A stretch of DNA of 62,136 nucleotides, the filler included, from Platydemus manokwari (taxonomy: Eukaryota): assembly GCA_037951405.1 (NCBI GenBank). It is 5 parts of 5 records of this genome, joined end to end, with 100 filler letters (N's around TTAATTAATTAA, not from the genome) between each part and the next. Parts side by side here need not be neighbours in the genome. Positions count along the whole stretch, not along the records: positions 42,936 to 62,136 come from JBBMOY010055568.1; 4 more parts are not named here. The stretch is one strand, 5' to 3'. The notes under the pieces were generated by a model. It was not told the DNA's origin. It saw only the letters and a list, made by a program, of their open reading frames with translations, and ran no database searches. Below, one piece after another: positions 52,001-62,136 of the stretch (position 1 is the stretch's first letter; the number at the start of each line of letters is the position of its first letter). Both the position numbers and the translations under genes were made by a program.

Positions 52001-55000
52001 ATCTGATGCGAGCAAGTTGCTTGTGACACTAGGACAAGATACTGAAAGGGTTCAAAAGGAAAAAGAATTTGCTGATCAAGAAGATGTGAAAGTTTCCAAA
52101 ATTCAAATTGAAGTGAATAAGAAACGTAATGATTGTGCCACAGATCTAGCAAAAGCTGAACCTGCACTAGTTGCAGCTCAAGAAGCTTTGAATACTTTAA
52201 ATAAAGACAATCTCACTGAGATGAAGTCTTTTGCCCAACCACCACCAATTGTAGTCACTGTGATGGGAGCCGTTATGTGCTTGATGGCAACTGGTGGCAA
52301 GTTACCTAGAGATAGAGGATGGAAAGCGGCTAAAGTTGCAATGGGAAAAGTCGATCAGTTCTTAGATAGCCTTATTAATTATGATAAAGACAACATTCAT
52401 GATAACAGTCTCAAAGCAACGAAAGAATATTTAACAAAATCTGATTTTGAACCTGACAATGTGCGAACGAAATCAGTAGCTGCAGCTGGATTGTGTGCTT
52501 GGGTAATAAATATTGTACAATATAATGAGGTATACAAAGAGGTGAAACCAAAACGAGATGCTTTAGTAGCAGCAGAAAGCGAATTGAGAGCTGCTTCAGA
52601 AAAATTGACCGTGATTCGAGAGAAAGTAGCGGAATTGGAAAAGTCATTGGCTGTATTAAATAGTCAATATACTGATGCTCAAAATAAAATGCAACAAGTT
52701 CAACAAGAAGCGGATCAAACCGTGAAAACAATCGAACTGGCTAATCGACTTGTAAATGGTTTGGCATCAGAAAATGATCGATGGAATGCACAAGTTAAAA
52801 ATATGAAAGAACAAGCGATAACTCTTCCTGGAGATGTTTTAGTAGCTGCTGCATTCATTTCATATGTAGGATATTTTACTAAACAATATCGATTAGATTT
52901 GTTAGAAAAACATTGGTTTCCTTTTTTAGCAAATCAGAAAATTAAAATCCCAATTAGTGAAAATCTGGATCCAATCGTTATTTTAGTTGATGATGCAATC
53001 ATAGCAGGATGGAGTAATGAAGGTCTACCGACGGATCGAATGTCAATTGAAAACGCTGCTATTATGGAACGTTGTGAACGATGGCCACTTTTGATTGATC
53101 CTCAATTACAAGCTATGAAATGGATCAAGAAGAAATATGGTGAAGATTTGAAAATTGTTCGATTAGATCGTAAACGTTATTTGGATACCATTGAAACATC
53201 AATAACTGCTGGAGATGTTTTATTGATTGAAAATATTGGTGAATCTATTGATCCAGTTCTTGATCCATTATTAGGTCGAATGACAATCAAGAAAGGTCGT
53301 GCCATTAAAATTGGTGATAAAGAAATCGAATTCAATTCATCATTTAAATTAATACTTCAAACCAAATTAGCAAATCCTCACTATAAACCCGAAATGCAAG
53401 CTCAAACAACACTGATTAATTTCACAGTAACTCGAGATGGTTTGGAAGATCAATTGTTAGCATCTGTAGTTCAGAAAGAAAAGCCTGAATTGGAAGAAAT
53501 CAAATCAGAATTGATGCGATCTCAAAATCAATTTAAAATTACCTTAACCGAACTGGAAGATGCTTTATTGGAGAAATTGTCTTCGGCAGAAGGAAACTTT
53601 TTAGGAAATTATGTACTTGTAGAGAATCTTGAAACAAATAAAGCAACAGCTTTAGACATTGAGAAAAAGGTAAAGGAAGGCAAGGAAGCAGAAATTATGA
53701 TCAATGCAACACGGAATAAATTTCGAGTTTGTGCTACTCGAGCTTCGTTGATATTTTTTATAATGAATGATTTATACAAAATCAATCCCATGTACCAATT
53801 TTCACTGAAAGTAAATGTTTTCGCTTTACCTTATTTGATCACACAGCACTATTATTATTAGGCTTTCTCTGTTGTTTTTGAAAACGCTATCGATCGGGCT
53901 GAATATTCTGAAGAGGAAAGTGAAAGAGTAACCAATATTTTAGATATCGTCACTTATATGCTTTATGTTTATACTACGAGAGGATTATTTGAAAAAGATA
54001 AACTTATTTTCACAACTCAAATGACATTACAAGTAACCAAAATGTGATTATCAGTTTCTTTTAATGATTTACAGATTCTCATCAATGCTAATCAACTCGA
54101 TAGTGGAGAATTAGATTTTTTATTAAGATTACCTATCATTCCAAATTTAGTCAGTCCGGTTGATTTTATTTCTAATATTGGATGGGGAGGAATAAAGGTG
54201 TATATATAATAATATATAATATAATATAATATAATATAATATAATATAATATAAATCATATGATGAGATAAACATATCATTTTTTCAGGCCCTTGTAGCT
54301 ATGGAAAGCAACGAATTCAAAAATCTTGATAACGATATTGTTGGTTCAGCGAAACGATGGAAGAAATTCGTCGAAAGTGAATCGCCAGAAAAAGAAAAGT
54401 TTCCTCAAGATTGGAAAAACAAATCTGCAATTCAAAAACTGTGTATGATGCGAGTACTTCGACCTGATCGAATGATTTATGCAATCAAGTACTATTTCGC
54501 ATCATTTTCTCCAATGATTAAACATCTGTATTTCAGGGATTTTATTTCTGAAAATATTGGAGTTAAATATGCTGAGGGTAGACAGTTGGAATTTGTTAAA
54601 TCATTTGAGGAAGCCACTAGCACAACGCCAATATTTTTCATTTTATCTCCAGGCGTAGATCCTCTTAAATCTGTAGAATCACTTGGGAAAAAACTAGGAT
54701 ATACATCGGCCAATGGAAACTTTCATAATATTTCATTAGGTCAAGGTCAAGAAGTGAATCTGCTATTTATCAATAATATGTCGATTTATAACTATGATTT
54801 ATTAGATCGTTGCTGAAGAGGCTCTTAAACAGTCATCAGAAAAGGGTCACTGGATTGTATTACAAAACGTACACCTTGTTGCCAAGTGGCTGTCAACATT
54901 AGAAAGAATGATTGAATCCATTGCAGAAGATCCTAATACGAATATTCAATGCAGAATATTTATCAGTGCTGAACCAGCTGGTAATCCTGAAAATCACATT

Positions 55001-56668
55001 ATACCACAAGGAATCCTTGAAGCTTCAGTCAAAATCACAAATGAACCACCTACTGGAATGTATGCCAACATTCATAAAGCATTTGCCAATTTTGATCAGG
55101 AAGCATTGGAAAAATGTTCTAAACAAGTTGAATTTCAAGCAATATTATTTTCTCTCTGTTATTTCCATGCCGTTGTATGTCAGAGAAGTAAATTTGGAGC
55201 GATAGGGTGGAATCGTAGTTATCCCTTTAACAATGGTGATCTAACAATAAGTATTGATGTGTTGTACAATTATTTAGAGGCAAACTCAAAAGTTCCATGG
55301 GTAGATCTTAGATATCTATTTGGTGAAATTATGTATGGTGGCCATATAACAGATGATTGGGATAGAAGACTTTGTCGATCTTTCCTTGAAGAGTATATGA
55401 AAACAGAAACTGTTAGCTTAGAAGATGATTAGATTATAAATAATAATTATTTTTGTTATCTAGGTTGAAGGTGATTTATTATTGGCTCCTGGATTCAAAA
55501 TCCCACCTTCACTGGATTTCACTGGCTATCAGAATTATATCGACGAAATGCTTCCTACTGAATCTCCTGTTCTATATGGATTACATCCAAATGCAGAAAT
55601 TGAATTTCTCAATACTACTGGTCAAGAATTGTTTAGAATTGTATATTTTTATAAATCATCTATTGTTTTGATTTATCTTAACATGTAAACTAGGTATTTG
55701 AAATGCAACCAAGAGATACCAGTGGTGGTCAGGCATCTGGAATACCTAAAGAGGAAAAAGTAAAATCATTGCTAGATGAAATCATAGAACGAATGCCAGA
55801 GTTATTTAACATGGTTGAATTATTAGCTAAGGTTCCTCCTGAGGAAAGGACACCTTTTGTGGTGGTTGCAATTCAGGAATGTGAAAGATGGAACATTCTT
55901 TTATCAGAAATGAAAAGATCTTTAAAAGAACTGGATTTAGGCTTGAAAGTTGAAAATTATATTCTTCATAATATCTATTTAATTGATTGAAATACGCATT
56001 TTTAGGGTGAATTAACATTTTCTGCAGAATTAGAATCGCTGTCACAATCACTTTTCCTCGATCAAGTTCCAATTTCATGGTCTAGCAAAGCATATCCCAG
56101 TTTAAATCCTTTGGGTTTGTGGTATGGCGACTTACAAACTAGAGTAAGAGATCTGGAAATATGGGTTTCTGATTTTCGTTTGCCAAATTCCGTTTGGTTA
56201 GCCGGATTGTTCAACCCTCAATCGTTTCTAACGGCTGTAATGCAACAAATGGCTAGGAAAAATGAATGGCCACTAGATCGTATGTGTATACAGGTGAAAC
56301 AATTTCACTTAATATATCTTCATTGGCCATCAATTTAGATTGATGTTACCAAAAAACAAAGAGACGAAGTAGGTGGAGCTCCCAGGGAAGGGGCTTTCAT
56401 TCATGGTCTTTTCATGGACGGAGCTCAATGGGACTCACAGCTTGGAGGCATAGTTGAGTCTAAATTAATGCAACTATGTCCGGCAATGCCCGTCATATTC
56501 ATCAAAGCCATCCCTATTGATAGACAAGATCTCAGATCAACATATGCATGTCCTGTTTACAAAACTAAGCAACGTGGTCCTACGTTTGTATGGACATTCA
56601 ATATGAAAACCAAAGAGCGACCTATACGCTGGGTATTGGCTGGAGTTGCTCTATTACTGCAGTCTTGA
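43045..56668 (+). CDS. Axonemal dynein heavy chain, outer-arm beta type (DNAH9/11/17-like); about 27 visible exons covering linker, AAA1-6, stalk/MTBD and C-terminus; N-terminal tail missing
   Basis: [10 protein letters not shown]; P-loops [24 protein letters not shown] and GVGGSGKQ; WGCFDEFNR; stalk exon 51945-53810; C-terminus [18 protein letters not shown]...[10 protein letters not shown], typical of the beta/DNAH9-11-17 class. GT-AG introns join the ORF fragments in frame. Confidence 0.97.
49100..49695 (+). repeat. MITE family A, copy 3, within a dynein intron
   Basis: Collinear with 19147-19750 (cctactttcgt.ataatgaattttcgcgcatgagata...aaaccaagttcccattcta...). Confidence 0.85.
51099..51263. 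other. Sized scaffold gap inside a dynein intron, adjacent to (ATT)n low complexity
   Basis: 165 N with no linker. Flanking dynein exons join in frame (QQMLK|VILCFSP). Confidence 0.9.
54204..54255. repeat. (ATAAT)n microsatellite in a dynein intron
   Basis: Visible tandem pentamer array. Confidence 0.8.
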
Positions 56669-56775
56669 TTTTACTATTAACTGTTTATGAAATTTTAATA
56701 AATAAATTTTAGAGAAACTTCATTTTTAAATTCATAAAAACAAAAGCCATTCATTGTATTAAATTTATTTTATTT

Positions 56776-57324
56776 TCATTTCATCATATATTCAACGTCA
56801 GGATTTTCATACTTATCGATTTTTTGGCGCTTTCCGAACCTGAATTGTAACAAAATTTGAAGATTTAAGTGAAAAATAAATAAATTTTTATTTTAAAAAT
56901 TAATTAAAATTTTAAGTTTTATTTTTAAATTAAAATTTTTAATGAAATTATTGTTTATATTTATAATTCTTATCAATAAAAATAATCAAATTCTTTCCTA
57001 AGTAAAATATTTTAATTTAAGATTATCATTTTTTAAAAGATGAATTATTTTCATTAAAAAAATTTAAAAATTAATATTTAAATATTTTAAAAGATTTTTT
57101 AAAAAATTACAAATTTGTTGATCAAATTTTCGGAAAGATTTTATATAATTGATTAAATGCAATGCAACCAACCTTGGTCGACCCGCTATCAAATATTCCT
57201 CGTTTAAATTTGCTAGAAAGTCCTTCAATTCTCGTAAAGATTTAAATACATCATCCGTCGAATGAATTCTATGAAAATTAGTGAATAATAATACAAATAA
57301 AAAAGCTGTAAATTGATATTTCAT
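56776..57324 (-). CDS. npy: Neuropeptide Y/F (NPY/NPF) precursor, 71 aa; exons 57324-57173 and 56839-56776
   Basis: Spliced product MKYQFTAFLFVLLFTNFHRIHSTDDVFKSLRELKDFLANLNEEYLIAGRPRF-GKR-QKIDKYENPDVEYMMK*. Has a signal peptide, GRPRF plus the amidation/cleavage signal GKR, and a phase-2 GT-AG intron within the penultimate Arg codon, the conserved NPY/F intron position. Confidence 0.95.
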
Positions 57325-57374
57325 AGTAAAATTGTTTAGAAATGAACAGTTTAAAAAATTATTTGTTCGATATG

Positions 57375-57384
57375 TTTTTATATA
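57375..57384 (-). promoter_or_regulatory. Candidate TATA box of the NPY/F gene
   Basis: Minus strand GCGCG-TATATAAAAA about 50 nt upstream of the ATG. Confidence 0.5.
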
Positions 57385-59823
57385 CGCGCTTAAAACGGTT
57401 GTTTAAATATTCATGGTAATTCTCTGATTAACTCCATGGTCTATTAATAATTAAAAGAATGATGAGTTAATTTTTTGGTTGAATTTGTTATTAAAGTATA
57501 TAATTGTTAGAAAAATTTCATGATGCTTACTTTAATTAATGATTACTCTCTAAAAATTTTTGCTAGTATAAGATAATGAGGGTTGTCACCTTTTCGTTAG
57601 CGGTTTCTCACTTTCATCACTGTATACTAAGTGAATGATAGCAATAATAGGAGCATTATCCATAAACAAAAATTTGAATCGATGTTTCAACATAATCATT
57701 TCCAGTATCTTGATAAGCTGAACTTTCGTGTTTAAAATTTAATTTATAGTCTTGCATAAAATACTTAATATTATATAGATGATATTAAACAAAATTATCA
57801 ATTATTTGATGAAATTTGAAATCAAAAATGTCGAAACTGTTTAAGTGAAACTAAATTTATTAAATGGTTGCATTGCAATTAAATGATTCTAATAAATGTA
57901 ATTATGAGGACTGAAAAAATTGCATTGAAAATTTGTGATATTTTTCAAAAATATAAACTGTGATTGAATTGTTGTTACAAGTCATCTTCTACATATATCG
58001 AGGTTAATGAGCACCGCGAATTCCAATAATCAAAAACAATAATAATCTAATATTAATATATCTGTTAAACAATGTTTATTTAATTATTATATACTCATAC
58101 GACTGAATTTAATTTCAAATTATTAAAAAATATATAAGTTAAACATAAATTTTACAATTTAAAAGATATTTATTTAATTTTAGGTTGTTGAAATCATGGT
58201 TCATTATACAAACGGATTGTTGGAATTGCTGTTTACTTTTTAATCTAAAATTGAATTTTATGTAAAACTTTCATTAAAATATGATTAGAAATAAATTTTA
58301 CATTTATTACTAATCAATTTACTAAAATGAAAAATTAACCATAAAATCTAACCTATTATGAACGTCTCTTTGTAGTAAGCACGCCTACAAAATCTTCGAA
58401 GCAGCACAACCTTAATCATTAGCTTGAATGAAATTATCAGTAAACGAGTACATAAAGCATTTCCAAAGTAGATGCATGATTAAATTACAATACACTATTG
58501 TACGTATTACTGGTATTAAATACTGTATTTATTATCGTAGAAATATATGTACCAGTAAATATATTTTAAAGGATAGCTATTGTATCGTACCAGTTTTTAG
58601 CCGACAAATTATATATTGTTTACTAGTCGTAACTAGTTACTGATATATTATTAATGTAATTCAAAGTTCTCTTTCACTACTAGATTGTAAACATTATTTG
58701 TACTTGATATTTAGATTCTTTTTTTATTTTGTTATTTCTTTTTGTGTTAAACATATATTTGCAACACATATTTGCAACATATAATTCATTAATGAAATCA
58801 TATTTATACTTTCAAAGTTTGCATTGCTGCGCTTTTGCTAATTAGTTACAATTTATACAACAGTTTTTTTACAATTCAGAAGACTATTCATTCGCGTTCA
58901 TATGTTATATCCAGTCTATTTCATAATTTCGGTAAAATGTCTTCATATAACTTATCAACGCCTTTAGACAATCGAACCCGTGACAAATTTGATGAGGATC
59001 TATTGTTGTGATTGATCGGTTAATACATTTTTGCATAATTGTTAATTTCTCGGTTATAATTTCGATATTATTATATATTTGACTGAAAATAGACAATTAC
59101 TTGAATTATAATACATCCATATCTATTATATAAATCATACAAACGTACATAACAAAGTAATTAATACTATGTAAGCTCAGAACAAGAGTGTTTATGGGCC
59201 AAATTGAGATCAATTAAAACAGAATGACAAAATTTAAAATATACTAGATGAAACGAATGATAATTGTTAGAAGATCAAAAGACTATAGTCCAAATTTTTA
59301 CAAAACCCTTTTTATTTTAAACATACATATAGATACAAACACTGTCTTCCGTTAACTTTCTGAGATGGAGATATCGAAGATAATTTTAATAATTATTAAC
59401 TTTAATTTAAATAAAAGTATTGGATTAGTTTTTCATGCATAACTTTTCAATCCCAAATTTTTATTTTACTATGTCAATTTAGTTCAAATTTATTGATTAT
59501 TTAATTCTTCTGGAATAAATTATTTTGAAAATATTTTACAGTTGTTCACGGAAATGTCTAAATGAATTTTAGTCTTATTGCATAATGGCTTTCTTGAATA
59601 CGTGGTTAACCTTAAATTTAAAGAAAGCTATTTAATTAATTTATAATATTTTACAGTATAAAAATTACTATTATTTAATTCAATTTGTTAGCAGTTATTA
59701 CATAACAAATTATACTCTAACTTGTTTGAATATTGACATAACCGTCGATTCTTTTTGAATTATTATAATCTTTTTATATAATAATGTAATTCACAAATAA
59801 ATACTAAGTATTTTATTTTAGCT

Positions 59824-61863
59824 ATGTTTCAAAGATTGCTTTTGAACCACATCATCCGACTACAAAAATTTTCAAATAGTACAAATCTCAATATTTCAAA
59901 TAATATCAAGATTCCAAATAAAATTTACCGGAATGAGTTGTCAGTTTTGAAAGCTTTAGCAAAATGTGTACAGCTAGAAGCTGGAGCGTCTTGGTACCCT
60001 CTTATTAATGATCCGTGGCTCTATCCGAAAGATTTCAATAGACGAAAATCTAATTTATTAAGCAAAGCATCTGGGAAACTAAGTGCCAGATTAGCATTTC
60101 AAGAAATTAAACACGAATTTATTAAGACTACTGAAGATGAGCCAAGAGTTAAGAGCCTATTACCCTTATTATCGACGAGTGACATAGAGAAAAAAGTTGA
60201 ATCAGAAGAATTGACACCTGAAAAGGGATTAAATTTAATTATTAATTTATTAAAGCCCAAAGAAGCCTGGCAATTTTTTGAAACGTACAAGTCCAAAGGT
60301 TTTTCTCAACCTGTTTTACAAAACCTACTGGAATTACTATGTTCAATACCAGATGTCAACATCGATGATGAAATACCATCGGAAGAAGTGTTTTATATGA
60401 AAATCGATCCTCCAAAATGGCGTTTAGACAATGAAGCTGAACTCCTTTTTCAATATTTGCCATCAAAGACGAAAGAAGCATATGATGCCATGATACGTGG
60501 TTCTAGTAGTTGTAATGATGTAAATAGAGCATTTGAATTGTTTAATGAATTCAAGTTGAAATTTCCCAATGATTATCCTGAATTGAAAACATGTAATTCT
60601 CTTCTGAAAAGCATTCATTATATGGATTTACCGGATGAAGAAGTCGAGAAGCACATATTGCAGATCTTAAACGATATGGCTCGTCATAAAATCTCTCCAA
60701 ATGTCCTCACATTTAACGGCGCTATTTTTGCTTATTCTAATCGTGTGAACATGGATTTTGTCGAACAGCTTTATCAGGAAATGTTATCTCTAGACATCAA
60801 ACCAATCCTTGGCACCTATGCCATTTTACTGAAATGCAGCTTTCCAAAGAACTATCTTTTGAGTTTAGCGCGAGATATTGTCGGTATTCTTGAAGATCGA
60901 TTGAAAACAATCGATTACGAAGATATTCTGTCACCCGATGATTTGAATCTGTTTCGAAACATGATGGAATTATTTCGTAATTCGAGCTCGTTAGAATTGG
61001 CGTTCCGGTTGCACGACGTCGCGACGAATTGCGGACGATTGCATCTAATCGATAACTACATGAAACGCGGTAGTTATGCGGACAACTTAATGAAATTGAT
61101 GGTCATGACTTGTTGGGATGTCGAGGTCATTCTGAAAAAGATTCAAGTGCTCGTGCCGAACTTTTACATCATTCAGGCGTCGACAATCGATTTCTTGTTG
61201 AAGATCTTGTCGAATCAAAAAGCATACCACTTGATACCCAATGTTATCGATATCGTCAATTGGAACAATACTCGCCATATGGAGGGGAACTCGTTACGGC
61301 GAGTGATTGATTTGATGCTGTCGGTGAAATCGTTCGATGATCGCTTGAAGCAACCATTGGCGAAATCGCTCGATCGATTTTTCGAACTCAGTAAGAATCG
61401 ACAAGTTTCATCGATTGTTGATCCCGATAACATCTTGCGCATCATTGAAGTGATCATGAAACTTGACGATTGGAATCTGTTGTGGAAATACGTAGAATTC
61501 GCCGGTAATCGTCGATTGATGACGCCCTTCTTGGTGCAAGAACTGATGGAAAAGTGTATTCCAGTTGAAGAATATGATAAAATAATTCAATTGGCGGGCT
61601 TGATGGAAAATTGCTTGACGAATTATTGCATCAGCACCTCTGACGAGAAACTCGCCATGGATGAATTGTTGCAATACTGTCATGAGAAAGTCGTGCCAGT
61701 TCTGGAGAAAAACGTATCGAATATGTCAGGATTCTTGAAGCATTTATCGCGATCCACAGAGATTGTTCAAGTAGCTGGAAAGAAATTCGATGAATCTTCG
61801 ACTTCTTCGTCATCGTCGAGTGAAAGCGATTCGTCAGATGAGGATGAACCCAATAATAAATGA
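59824..61863 (+). CDS. PTCD3: Pentatricopeptide repeat protein PTCD3 / mitoribosomal mS39 homolog, single exon, 679 aa
   Basis: N-terminal IPNKIYRNELSVLKALAKCV...INDPWLYP matches the PTCD3 IP...VLQALASTV...DDPYLMP block. PPR repeats (AYDAMIRG, ISPNVLTFNGAI, IKPILGTYAILL), Ser/Asp-rich tail and a mitochondrial presequence-like start. Confidence 0.88.
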   Translation: MFQRLLLNHIIRLQKFSNSTNLNISNNIKIPNKIYRNELSVLKALAKCVQLEAGASWYPLINDPWLYPKDFNRRKSNLLSKASGKLSARLAFQEIKHEFIKTTEDEPRVKSLLPLLSTSDIEKKVESEELTPEKGLNLIINLLKPKEAWQFFETYKSKGFSQPVLQNLLELLCSIPDVNIDDEIPSEEVFYMKIDPPKWRLDNEAELLFQYLPSKTKEAYDAMIRGSSSCNDVNRAFELFNEFKLKFPNDYPELKTCNSLLKSIHYMDLPDEEVEKHILQILNDMARHKISPNVLTFNGAIFAYSNRVNMDFVEQLYQEMLSLDIKPILGTYAILLKCSFPKNYLLSLARDIVGILEDRLKTIDYEDILSPDDLNLFRNMMELFRNSSSLELAFRLHDVATNCGRLHLIDNYMKRGSYADNLMKLMVMTCWDVEVILKKIQVLVPNFYIIQASTIDFLLKILSNQKAYHLIPNVIDIVNWNNTRHMEGNSLRRVIDLMLSVKSFDDRLKQPLAKSLDRFFELSKNRQVSSIVDPDNILRIIEVIMKLDDWNLLWKYVEFAGNRRLMTPFLVQELMEKCIPVEEYDKIIQLAGLMENCLTNYCISTSDEKLAMDELLQYCHEKVVPVLEKNVSNMSGFLKHLSRSTEIVQVAGKKFDESSTSSSSSSESDSSDEDEPNNK

Positions 61864-62136
61864 GGGGGGGGGAATTATTGAATGATTGAAAATATTTATA
61901 ATCCATCAATAATTTGTTTGATTTTATCCATAATCGATATTTTTAAAATTGTTTCTCGTCAAATTTATCAATCAATCATTAATATGGATTAAAATTGAAA
62001 AATTATTTGATTTTACAACTAATCGATATTTGTTTTTATATCAATTATTGAAATGTAGTTCTTGTATTTGGTATTTTTAATGATCAAGTTCATTGATATT
62101 GTGAGGAAAATTTAAATGAACAAATTCTATAATTAT

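Noticed and set aside
45479-56078. Antisense and alternate-frame ORFs overlapping the dynein
   Set aside because: Shadows of the dynein reading frame with no independent motifs.
60099-61909. Short overlapping ORFs within PTCD3
   Set aside because: Antisense or alternate-frame shadows in the GC-richer part of the CDS.

Overview
Very AT-rich eukaryotic (animal) genomic DNA. The 45-60 nt introns, (AAT)n tracts and GRPRFamide NPY/F gene suggest a planarian-type flatworm, which is an inference. The window is five sequence blocks joined by identical 100-nt artificial spacers (N44-TTAATTAATTAA-N44), so adjacency across the joins is not trustworthy. Host genes supported from sequence: (1) a 5'-truncated multi-exon outer-arm beta-type axonemal dynein heavy chain, DNAH9/11/17-like (43045-56668 +); (2) a two-exon NPY/F neuropeptide precursor lying tail-to-tail with it, which the ORF track mistranslates (56776-57324 -); (3) an intronless PTCD3/mS39 gene (59824-61863 +); (4) a 5'-truncated CYP2-clan cytochrome P450 with an in-frame TAA and an altered I-helix (32288-35788 +); (5) the terminal exon of a UBE2H-like E2 (15558-15670 -); (6) two candidate orphan exons weakly resembling a UCH C-terminus. 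The rest is layered mobile-element debris: Gypsy LTR remnants, two kinds of mariner ends, an internally deleted Tc1-like element, a three-copy ~600 bp MITE, a Polinton/Maverick polymerase remnant and LINE fragments. I found no convincing novel multi-gene system. The best leads are the neuropeptide/dynein tail-to-tail pair, the odd P450 and the transposon nesting.
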